A DNA stretch of 60,199 nt, counting the filler, from a candidate division WOR-3 bacterium (GTDB lineage Bacteria > SDB-A), in the NCBI GenBank assembly GCA_016934535.1. It is 6 parts of 6 records of this genome, joined end to end, with 100 filler letters (N's around TTAATTAATTAA, not from the genome) between each part and the next. Parts side by side here need not be neighbours in the genome. Positions count along the whole stretch, not along the records: positions 13,245 to 21,318 come from JAFGSQ010000005.1; positions 21,419 to 29,300 come from JAFGSQ010000036.1; 4 more parts are not named here. One strand, written 5' to 3'. Of this stretch, positions 20,201 through 27,482 are shown piece by piece. Each line of letters starts with the position of its first letter. Within the stretch, counting starts at the first letter, position 1. Both the position numbers and the translations under genes were made by a program. The notes beneath the pieces are model-generated. The model was given only the letters and a program-made list of their open reading frames with translations. It ran no database searches and had not been told where the DNA came from.

Positions 20201-21036
20201 GGTGCGCCGAAAACCACGAGCACTATTCCCCCTTTGTCGCCGAAATCAATTTTATTAAGGTATCCCCCGTGTTCGTAGGAGAGTTCGATGGTTTTATGCA
20301 AACCGTATGCAGGGTTTCCTGATTTTTCGAAACAAATAAAACACGAGACTATGTCCCTGAATTCAGCCAGGTCGCGGGCGGATATTACCGCGGGATTGAC
20401 CCAAAATCTTTCGTCATAATTTGCTTTTTTTCCGCGATTCTTTATCGGCGCTTTCCGTGTTTGAACCGGTCTCTTTTTGACGCCTGTATTGTTTTCTGAT
20501 TTTGTTTTGTATTCGTCCGAACCCTCGTCCGCCGATATTCTGAAATCGGCGATTATCTCACCGGGAGAAGCCTTGCTCTTGAAATATGCAGCTCTTTCTA
20601 TTGCTTCTCCCTCGAAAATGAAGGAATTCTGATAGGGTGTTTCGATTATCTTCCAGGTGCTGAAGCCTACAGAAAGGCCGATTTTATAATTCAATTTTAT
20701 TTCACCGTCTGATACGAACACTTCTGAAATTCTAGTTGAAGCGTTGAAAACATCCGGGATGACGCAGTCGGATTTTTCGAATATGGCAGTAAATCCGTCA
20801 CCGGCGAAGGCTCCGATGAAACCGCCGTTATCGTACACGGCGTTTATCGCCGGGATAAAAGCGGAGGAAAGAATTTCATTAAGTTTCTCGCATCCTTTTT
20901 TGCCTTTTTGAAGACATTTTTCCGTTGTGCCTGAAAAGCCCGTTATATCAGCCATAATAACGAAGCATTCTGTTTTTCCGGACTTTATTCCTTTGGCGAA
21001 ATTACGCTTTACGAAATCCGGCACAAGGTTTTTCAT
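17197..21036 (-). CDS. class III adenylate/guanylate cyclase + P-loop (STAND/AAA) + TPR repeats
   Basis: MADITGFS and FAGDG metal Asp motifs; second domain NKIDFGDKG, EYTVLGSAVNISSR; Walker A GESGTGKS; SEGNPLY; long TPR tail. Confidence 0.9.
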   Translation of the reverse strand: MKNLVPDFVKRNFAKGIKSGKTECFVIMADITGFSGTTEKCLQKGKKGCEKLNEILSSAFIPAINAVYDNGGFIGAFAGDGFTAIFEKSDCVIPDVFNASTRISEVFVSDGEIKLNYKIGLSVGFSTWKIIETPYQNSFIFEGEAIERAAYFKSKASPGEIIADFRISADEGSDEYKTKSENNTGVKKRPVQTRKAPIKNRGKKANYDERFWVNPAVISARDLAEFRDIVSCFICFEKSGNPAYGLHKTIELSYEHGGYLNKIDFGDKGGIVLVVFGAPLEIENKFSKAADFALAIRKIKRFEVKTGISYGKAFCGFIGNEKRSEYTVLGSAVNISSRIAEKASGHEIICDETFSRKINVSYNLYPLGEEYLRGIKDKISLFGLGSKKSGYKSKIISRVEFVGRKMELERLVELSEKVKSEIKSMTVLVSGESGTGKSRLIEEFNAELGKTKFDVLKIECDDILKKPFSPLINFLKEYFGYSDTDSEFLNKVRFEDTLQRKVKKIAHSGDTGLSEKISGASECLSMLLGIASKGSGFESLDAKTKYELCFGAIKNVLLAECSDKPTALEIFQASDIDKDSLNIILSLAKSLKNLPSIIIFESRDPSLEVSLLKTDITYHISIRLEKLSKSESESLFKNYVKISETKQHSELSDMHFDEEIYSISEGNPLYIENIAGHVLREGFSADSDAMKKILSEPLNLKELILSRFDRFGKDLKEAVRVASILGNSFSEEIFCEVFGEFYPELDSKNCLNDGVAQNVFKKTPEGYGFSSALTREVIYSVQMNPFLGKIHFSAAEFLKNRRQREKLSYEDIAEHYRASESFDIAADYYLRASKAFFDIFLNERALSCLEKAEKILPPGSFSQFFEIYYIKTSIYRLIGKWSQAKKCVQKCLETAQRSKLPEKYCLALDMLASLERNSGNLTKAMNHAKRGIRIANSTGDVKLTALLESSLGNTCYRKGDYEEAINHYSKSISSIKGDKTAEAKILVNMANIKAENGNLEQSLRLYLRALKLSRFVKDIKTESVVLLNLGTIYLSLQNSEKAMKSFNESLRIKESYQDKDGIAILKSNIGHIHEEKGNFETALKCYEESAELAGEIGDKRSHAIALCNKASVFSKLKEFKKAKDLYVKAVKLSKMSGSKYNLCFYLYSLADLYFELGDFEKSRISLDEALKSASEVKRTSVIESCDVLGLALDFKTGKSPDAALAKLTRKSEKAKDAESKAFISYLLFNLTKEKLHARVALEQYSSLLDKTPKYENKVRKDELESFIVRYCSHSNQEDK

Positions 21037-21096
21037 ATCTGATCAAACAAAAATAATATTGATTTTATCTCCGAAGAATCGAACGGTTTTTCTGAA

Positions 21097-21318
21097 TCAG
21101 AGCAATTCATTTATTGAAGCGAAGTTTTTGACTATTTCTCTTATTTTTTCAAGATTTATCCTGTATTCGTATTTCGGCACGGAAGAATATAAGTCTACAA
21201 AGATTTTGTAGGCTTTTTCAGCGAATTCCTTTCTTCCAGTCAGCTTGTACAGGTCGAAAAAAGCCGACGCTTTTATGAATTTATCTTCCGCGGTTTCGGC
21301 TATTGATTCGAGAAGGGA
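21097..21318 (-). CDS. 3' end of an upstream paralog of the cyclase-STAND-TPR protein (truncated by gap)
   Basis: Open to the contig end: SLLESIAETAEDKFIKASAFFDLYKLTGRKEFAEKAYKIFVDLYSSVPKYEYRINLEKI aligns by eye with the C-terminus of 17197..21036 (KAFISYLLFNLT...TPKYENKV). Confidence 0.7.
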   Translation of the reverse strand, partial: SLLESIAETAEDKFIKASAFFDLYKLTGRKEFAEKAYKIFVDLYSSVPKYEYRINLEKIREIVKNFASINELL

Positions 21319-21418
21319 NNNNNNNNNNNNNNNNNNNNNNNNNNNNNNNNNNNNNNNNNNNNTTAATTAATTAANNNNNNNNNNNNNNNNNNNNNNNNNN
21401 NNNNNNNNNNNNNNNNNN
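21319..21418. other. artificial contig linker
   Basis: N-run with TTAATTAATTAA. Confidence 0.99.
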
Positions 21419-21472
21419 AAATAAATAATTTCCTTTAATCAGTTTAATAATCATAAAATTTTAATAAAACTA

Positions 21473-21500
21473 CAAGGGAATAATAAAAATTATTCCCTTG
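21473..21500 (-). terminator. hairpin downstream of small peptide gene
   Basis: Perfect 12-bp inverted repeat CAAGGGAATAAT-AAAA-ATTATTCCCTTG. Confidence 0.65.
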
Positions 21501-21539
21501 AAATTAGCTTATTTATCTAAAATAAACTAAGGCAAAAAA

Positions 21540-21677
21540 TTATCTTACCATGTAACACACACTGGCGGTTACCGGCGGAGGTAAACAACCACCAACAAAT
21601 TCCGGCAAAGTCTGCACTGGCGTCCCACCATTATCCGGCACTTCTTCATCAATGCGAATTTCTTCGTACTTATCCAT
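21540..21677 (-). CDS. small peptide, RiPP-precursor-like (45 aa)
   Basis: AAGGAGG RBS 7 nt before ATG 21677; MDKYEEIRIDEEVPDNGGTPVQTLPEFVGGCLPPPVTASVCYMVR; GC-richer island in AT-rich spacer. Confidence 0.6.
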   Translation of the reverse strand: MDKYEEIRIDEEVPDNGGTPVQTLPEFVGGCLPPPVTASVCYMVR

Positions 21678-21839
21678 GTCCATTCCTCCTTTTGATAATG
21701 CCTTTAAAACTCATCTCACACAGTTATTTGCTAATATACAAAAAATATAAAAATTTGTCACCAAATTTGATATCTATAATCAATCATAATAATCTACTAC
21801 AATACTTTACTCATTATTACATATTAAAATGAAAAATAA

Positions 21840-22991
21840 TCATTCAACCCTAAAAAATGCTGAGATAAGCCTCCAGATAACGTCAGATTTGAAAACAAAA
21901 AGGTTTAGCACAGAAAGAGCAGAAAGGGCGACGAGTAATACTATAATCAGCCCCTTTTCAATGTCCTGAGCTTTTATGGTGGCGCAGAGGACAGGATCTT
22001 TGGATAGATACGCACTCGCCGCGTATAGCTCCTCTCCTATCAGAGTATAGTCACAGGAAGTTATAAAAAACGGAAGCTGAGTCACGGCGTCGGTTCCTGC
22101 TATCTGAATTGCACCTGTAGAATTTCCTGTCTCGGCTAAAAGAAGGGATTCAGCCCAAAACATTCCTAAAAATAGGTTGGTTGCAGGTTTCTCTCTAAGC
22201 ATTATACCGTTAACCGCAGCGACAAAGGCAAATTGGTGTTCGGATATGAAGAAGACCTGATCTGAATTAAAGGCGTCAGGCCTACCCGCTTCAAGATAAG
22301 ATTCCTTCACTACTTCCGATGTCACCGTATAGACAATCGGGTCTGCTGATGGAACTATTATTGTAGATTCGTATTCAGCGACTTTTTTCGATACCGGACC
22401 GAGAATGTTGATCGAAGCGACGGTTGCTATGTCGTCCATGGTGGAAAGGCCGGGAACATAAAGAACAGGTCTTCCCATTTCCGTCGCTCTTCCTACGGCT
22501 TCGTCTAAGGCATCCAATCCGGCTATCTTTCTTATAAACAGCAGTTTACCCTTCTTCGCAGAATTAATAAAATAAACTATTAAGATAAAAGCTAAAGCCG
22601 CCGCAAGAAAAGTATTCACTTTTGTTTTGTTGAATATTGAAGCGGATGAACTGAAAAAATCACTTTCGCCAATAACATCAAGCTCTGTCTCTTGTTGGGA
22701 AACCGCAACAATTTTGTATGAAACGTTCATGCCTGCTTCGAGAGGATATCGCGGATCGCAATCGACAAAAACTGTCTCTGCTGGTGAACTCAATCTCCCC
22801 AAAAAATAAAAACCTTCTCCGGGAGAATCTTTTCTATAAACGAGATAACCAACAGCTTCAGGATTGTCAGTTGGATTCCAGAATACCAAAAGAGCAGATC
22901 CGTCATCATTCGGTAAGTCCTCGACGAAAACTCCGCCGTTTATTGCCGAAAAACTCACCACTAAAATAAAAGCGCCGAGTATTGTTTTCAT
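21840..22991 (-). CDS. DUF6754-like membrane protein with N-terminal FN3-like exported domain (paralog 2)
   Basis: Signal peptide, W......GY.VYR beta domain, TM, IRKIAGLDALDEAVGRATEMGR, DYTLIGEELYAASAYLS, C-terminal TM. Confidence 0.8.
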   Translation of the reverse strand: MKTILGAFILVVSFSAINGGVFVEDLPNDDGSALLVFWNPTDNPEAVGYLVYRKDSPGEGFYFLGRLSSPAETVFVDCDPRYPLEAGMNVSYKIVAVSQQETELDVIGESDFFSSSASIFNKTKVNTFLAAALAFILIVYFINSAKKGKLLFIRKIAGLDALDEAVGRATEMGRPVLYVPGLSTMDDIATVASINILGPVSKKVAEYESTIIVPSADPIVYTVTSEVVKESYLEAGRPDAFNSDQVFFISEHQFAFVAAVNGIMLREKPATNLFLGMFWAESLLLAETGNSTGAIQIAGTDAVTQLPFFITSCDYTLIGEELYAASAYLSKDPVLCATIKAQDIEKGLIIVLLVALSALSVLNLFVFKSDVIWRLISAFFRVE

Positions 22992-22999
22992 GTTTCACT

Positions 23000-23647
23000 T
23001 CATCTTAAAATTCCGAGCCAGTCATGCAATAGGAATTGAATTCTGCCTATGAGAAGAGAAACACGCGCCATAATCGTATAGCCGAACGATGCTCCGAAAG
23101 CTATCATGACAAACCATATTCCGAGCCTCGAAGTTTTGCCTACGATGCCTTCGTGTTTCAGAGAGAAAAAGAAATAAAAAAGAGTAGATACAACACCAAC
23201 GAGTAATAGAAGTGCCCACCAGGAATTCAGACTTGTAGGGTTGAATCCCGTCAAAATTGTACCCTGGACTTGCGGAAAAATATTTGTTTCAATGCTCGGT
23301 GAAATTGATATACCGTTGAAATAGCCCATCATCAAAGCTATGGGCCACCTCGCCAGCCAGCTTTGTTTGGGAAAAAATCTGAAAAAATACAGAGATCCCA
23401 GCAGAGTCGGTATTGCGACATATATAAATCCGGGCCAGTTACTTTGAATAAAAGCATCTCTAAGAGGCATTGCAATATAAGGTATTGCCGTCATGTGCCA
23501 TACAATGGCTATTGACCACCCAACTGAAGCCCCGACAAAAACGTGTTCGGCAAACCTGTAGAGCGGATTGTCTTTATATAGAAAGGAATAAATAGTCAGC
23601 GTCAGAAAAGCCGCTATCCATACCCAAATGCTTGTCGAAATGTGCAT
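23000..23647 (-). CDS. multi-pass membrane protein of the GlmL-associated operon
   Basis: SFLYKDNPLYRFAEHVFVG, MIAFGASFGYTIMARVSLLIGR; several TMs; 1-nt overlap with upstream gene. Confidence 0.8.
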   Translation of the reverse strand: MHISTSIWVWIAAFLTLTIYSFLYKDNPLYRFAEHVFVGASVGWSIAIVWHMTAIPYIAMPLRDAFIQSNWPGFIYVAIPTLLGSLYFFRFFPKQSWLARWPIALMMGYFNGISISPSIETNIFPQVQGTILTGFNPTSLNSWWALLLLVGVVSTLFYFFFSLKHEGIVGKTSRLGIWFVMIAFGASFGYTIMARVSLLIGRIQFLLHDWLGILR

Positions 23648-24525
23648 CAGAGCCTCCTCTCTCTGTTCTTTTTTAGTACGAAGAAGGAAATGTTGCCGAG
23701 TATAACCATAACTATTATGAGTATATGAACAAAATTCTGTGAAGCCATTGCAATGCCGGCTTGTTTTCTTACTTCGATGTTGAGTCTCTGGGCGTTTAAT
23801 TCTTCGTATTCAGCCGCGCCTTTCATACCGCCTAACATGCCAATAAACTGTCTTGTTTGAAGAAAAGTATAATATTCAGCAGCGCTGACCGCAGTGGTTC
23901 CAACTCCAATCGGGGTTCCGTACCTTGTTCCGGCATAAATCATCCACCATCTTGATACTGCCGAACCTGCAATATCAACAATCAAACCTATGTCTTCAAG
24001 TCTTCTAATGTTATCCATCATCGGTAAAAACTTCAAACTATCACCGTGTACATCAATTCTAAAAGTACCGATCAGGTCTTCACCCATACCAACAATTACA
24101 GCTAATCCTCCAGGAGCAAAAGGTAAAAAGACATAATCCTTCCCGTAAATAATCGAGTCTCCGTTCGCTAAGTGATAATTCATTTCTTCAAGCACAGTTC
24201 TCTCTGTTATTTGTGCTAAACCGTAACCATCAGGGTAAAGTCCTCCATAGAGGATAACAGGAATGTCAGCTTCGAGAGCGTGTCTGAAGAGTGCGTTTGC
24301 CATGGGTTGCAGTTCAGGTGAAGTAGAAGGTGAATAATCCGTTACTATTATTATCGGTTTTTGGGTGTATTTGAGGCTGTCAACGAAATTCCAAAGGTTG
24401 AGAGTCGGAGGGGATGTTGTAACGGGAAATCTAAGGTTAGTAATTGAGGGAATAATTACAGATAAACCGATTAGCAGAAAAAGCCATCTTCTGTCCAATT
24501 TTTCCATAAAAAGCCAAAATTTCAT
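23647..24525 (-). CDS. membrane-anchored protein of the GlmL-associated operon
   Basis: N- and C-terminal TMs; DYSPSTSPELQPM, GMLGGMKGAAEYE; TGATG coupling. Confidence 0.8.
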   Translation of the reverse strand: MKFWLFMEKLDRRWLFLLIGLSVIIPSITNLRFPVTTSPPTLNLWNFVDSLKYTQKPIIIVTDYSPSTSPELQPMANALFRHALEADIPVILYGGLYPDGYGLAQITERTVLEEMNYHLANGDSIIYGKDYVFLPFAPGGLAVIVGMGEDLIGTFRIDVHGDSLKFLPMMDNIRRLEDIGLIVDIAGSAVSRWWMIYAGTRYGTPIGVGTTAVSAAEYYTFLQTRQFIGMLGGMKGAAEYEELNAQRLNIEVRKQAGIAMASQNFVHILIIVMVILGNISFFVLKKNRERRL

Positions 24526-25145
24526 CAGTCACCTCCCCCGAGGTACGCCCTCTCAATTCCAAGGATTATTTTCAAAGATGTAGCGATTGACCCCAGACCT
24601 ATGCCGATTGTAATTCCCCTTTGAGCCGCTGTATTAGGATATACAAGGATCCACTCAACTACTCCGTCCAGAAAACTCCCGAAAGAAACCCTTCCCAGCA
24701 TGACTATTATCGCCGTTACTAAAAGTGCAAAAGCCATTGCATTCCTCGCTTTGAAAGATTTGAACGCGGCGGAAGCTATATAAAATGAAAGAAGAGAGAA
24801 CATGGTCGAGTCGAGAGAGACATTGATGCTTCTGTAGAGATTCGAGAAAAGCCAGCCGTTTGTTCCGCCTCTTCCAAAAATCCCCACTCCTGCCATCCCG
24901 AGAAGACAGAAAATAGCTACACCAGAATAGAAGCTGTCTTTGTTCTTTCTCGCTATTTTTCTTGTATGGACGTAGAAAAAGCTGGCCAATCCGAGCACTA
25001 AAGCAAAAGCACCTGATATTCTCACCCATTCTGCCATACTGTCGTAAAAGGTCTGCGACACTGGATGCGGTATGAAAAACTGGATTATCATAGCCAAGCC
25101 GAGCAGAAATACGACGAGAAGGGGAAGAGTCCTCTTTAAAAACAT
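24525..25145 (-). CDS. multi-pass membrane protein of the GlmL-associated operon
   Basis: TMFSLLSFYIASAAFKSF, PNTAAQRGITIGIGLG..ATSLKIILGIER. Confidence 0.8.
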   Translation of the reverse strand: MFLKRTLPLLVVFLLGLAMIIQFFIPHPVSQTFYDSMAEWVRISGAFALVLGLASFFYVHTRKIARKNKDSFYSGVAIFCLLGMAGVGIFGRGGTNGWLFSNLYRSINVSLDSTMFSLLSFYIASAAFKSFKARNAMAFALLVTAIIVMLGRVSFGSFLDGVVEWILVYPNTAAQRGITIGIGLGSIATSLKIILGIERAYLGGGD

Positions 25146-25185
25146 TTCCCAACTCCTTTAGATTTATGTGAAAACTCTATCATTG

Positions 25186-26349
25186 TCACGATCCAAAAAT
25201 TGACATAATTACTCTTGACATTAATTCGGATTTGATAAAATTGAAATTCAGAACAGCCAGTATTGAAAGTAGAACGAGAAGAATCAATATCATTGCTTTT
25301 TCTACGTCCTGGGCTTTTATAGTGCCTACGAGAACTGGATCTCGTGACAGGTAAGCGCTTGCAGCATAGAGTTCTTCTCCAATGAGAGTGTAATCGCAGG
25401 AGGTGACGAAAAAAGGAAGCTGTGTCACTGAGTCTGTCCCTGCTATTTGAACAGCTCCAGTTGCGTTTCCTGTCTCGGCGAGAAGAAGCGATTCGGCCCA
25501 GAACATACCAAGGAAAAGGTTTGTCGCCGGCTTTTCCCTCATCATTATTCCGTTTACGGCGGCGACAAAAGCAAACTGACTTTCTGAGACAAAAAAGACC
25601 TGGTCTTCCTGGAAGGCGTCAGGTCTTCCTGCTTCAAGGTAAGCCTCTTTGACAACTTCATGTGTTATCGTATAGACGATCGGATCTCTGTTTGGGACGA
25701 GAATTTTAGTCTCGTATTCGGCGACTTTTTTTGCGACTGGTCCGAGAATGTTTATAGAAGCGACAGTGGCTATATCAGACATAGATGAAAGCCCCGGAAC
25801 GTAGAGAACCGATCTGCCCATCTCCGTCGCTCTTCCTACTGCTTCATCCAGGGCGTCAAGACCTGCTATTTTCCTTATAAAAAGACTTTTTCCTTTTTTA
25901 GCAATATTTAAAAATACTAGTAAAGCGATAAAAACAATAGCAACAGCTATGATGGTATTTTTTTTAGTCGAGTTGAAAAAAGAATATGAAGGCGAGAATT
26001 CTTCTGAAAAACCTATTTCCAGCAATTCATTTTCATTCTCATCAACAGCGACAATTCTGTAAAAAACTGTCATTCCGGCGTTTAAAGGAGCCCTCGGGTC
26101 GCAGTCGACAAAAACCGTATTTGAAATGTCGCTGGATTTGCCTATTTGGACGTATTCGGCGTCAGGCGCATCTTTCCTGTATATTTTGTACATGAAAAAG
26201 TCCGGAATATCGCCCGGCGGCTCCCAGCTGACAATGAGGGCTGAGCCATCGTCGTCGTGGACGTCTTCAACGCATATTGGAGACCCAACCAGGGGCAAAT
26301 ATCCCCACAAGATCAGGACAAGCGCTGGAACAATTCTATGAATAATCAT
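25186..26349 (-). CDS. DUF6754-like membrane protein with N-terminal FN3-like exported domain (paralog 1)
   Basis: Same architecture and near-identical core as 21840..22991. Confidence 0.8.
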   Translation of the reverse strand: MIIHRIVPALVLILWGYLPLVGSPICVEDVHDDDGSALIVSWEPPGDIPDFFMYKIYRKDAPDAEYVQIGKSSDISNTVFVDCDPRAPLNAGMTVFYRIVAVDENENELLEIGFSEEFSPSYSFFNSTKKNTIIAVAIVFIALLVFLNIAKKGKSLFIRKIAGLDALDEAVGRATEMGRSVLYVPGLSSMSDIATVASINILGPVAKKVAEYETKILVPNRDPIVYTITHEVVKEAYLEAGRPDAFQEDQVFFVSESQFAFVAAVNGIMMREKPATNLFLGMFWAESLLLAETGNATGAVQIAGTDSVTQLPFFVTSCDYTLIGEELYAASAYLSRDPVLVGTIKAQDVEKAMILILLVLLSILAVLNFNFIKSELMSRVIMSIFGS

Positions 26350-26351
26350 GC

Positions 26352-27479
26352 CTACTCCTCGATGAGTTCTACGTTAGCTCTCGGCAACAGCACCTGTTTA
26401 CCGTCCTGTAGTTTGACCTTTACTACTCTGACTTTCGCCTCTGTTTCAATTTGCCTGGGTTCGGCTGGGAGTTCCGAAACTTCCCCTATCAAACCGAAGT
26501 GGGGTTCTCTTATTATCCTGACGAGTGTGCCTACTACCATCATACCTGATTCTTTGAACTCTATCTTTTTATCGTCATCGGAAAGCTTTATGGGGATTAT
26601 TACCTCAGGTCTCATGACCCCCGCCCTTATCTGCGTTGCACCGTTTACCGAAGCCATTGAACCTTTCTTGGAAGACAAAAGTTTGAAAGTTTTATTCGCC
26701 ATCGCTATCTTTCCGAAACCTTCCGTCACAACGAGAGTCAGTCCGACATCTTCGTGCCCCGTAATGGCGACGCCTATGTCGTAACCTATGAATTTCTTGA
26801 GGTCTTCGTCGTCCACGCCTCCCACGACTACAGCTTTGACGCCGGTTTCAGCGGCTTTTTTCATGACTTCGGAAGTACAGAATGAACCGCCTATAACTAT
26901 TTTGCCCTTGCATTCGGGTGTTATGTGGCTGACGAGCAGTTCTTCGGCAGGATCGTTTACGACCGGAAGAATTTCACCCCTGGTCTCGCCGCCGATTCCG
27001 AAAATTCCCTGGACGAAAGAGCAGACAGTTTCTACAACTACTCCTTCGTCGGGGAACACTTCGACGATTTTTCCGTCTATATAGGCGTCTTTTTCGACAG
27101 GCTGGGGTGGCTCCCTTAAAATAGCCTGACCTGTTACGTCCGAGACACTCTCGAGCGTGCCGTCAATCGGAGACCTCGCCGAGGCCTTGAAAAGTCCCAT
27201 AAAACCTTTCGTCTCGGCTATGATTTGACCTTTTTCAATTTTTCCGCCTATTTCAACTTTCAGTGAGTTTTTTACGTCGCCAGCCGCTGTTCCGAGTTTT
27301 CCCGCGAGATTATAGGGAAGGACATTTCCGGGCAACTCCGTCCTGGCTACTGTGTCCTCGGCTTTAACCTGGGTGCTGATTTTGTCAATGAGTACCTTCC
27401 CTTTCAGAGGAAGTCTTCTCTCTTTTCTCAGAACTGTTCTCTGAGTCACCATAAGTCCGGGTGTGTATGCATGAGCCAT
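26352..27479 (-). CDS. soluble conserved protein (barrel-sandwich/biotinyl-like segments, C-terminal KOW-like domain)
   Basis: LKVEIGGKIEKGQIIAE...SPIDGTLESV, VQGIFGIGGE, VVTEGFG, GTLVRIIREPHFGLIGEV. Confidence 0.75.
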   Translation of the reverse strand: MAHAYTPGLMVTQRTVLRKERRLPLKGKVLIDKISTQVKAEDTVARTELPGNVLPYNLAGKLGTAAGDVKNSLKVEIGGKIEKGQIIAETKGFMGLFKASARSPIDGTLESVSDVTGQAILREPPQPVEKDAYIDGKIVEVFPDEGVVVETVCSFVQGIFGIGGETRGEILPVVNDPAEELLVSHITPECKGKIVIGGSFCTSEVMKKAAETGVKAVVVGGVDDEDLKKFIGYDIGVAITGHEDVGLTLVVTEGFGKIAMANKTFKLLSSKKGSMASVNGATQIRAGVMRPEVIIPIKLSDDDKKIEFKESGMMVVGTLVRIIREPHFGLIGEVSELPAEPRQIETEAKVRVVKVKLQDGKQVLLPRANVELIEE

Positions 27480-27482
27480 TTA

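Noticed and set aside
17197-21683. Link between the small peptide gene and the TPR/cyclase receptors
   Set aside because: Separated by a contig linker; no evidence of real proximity
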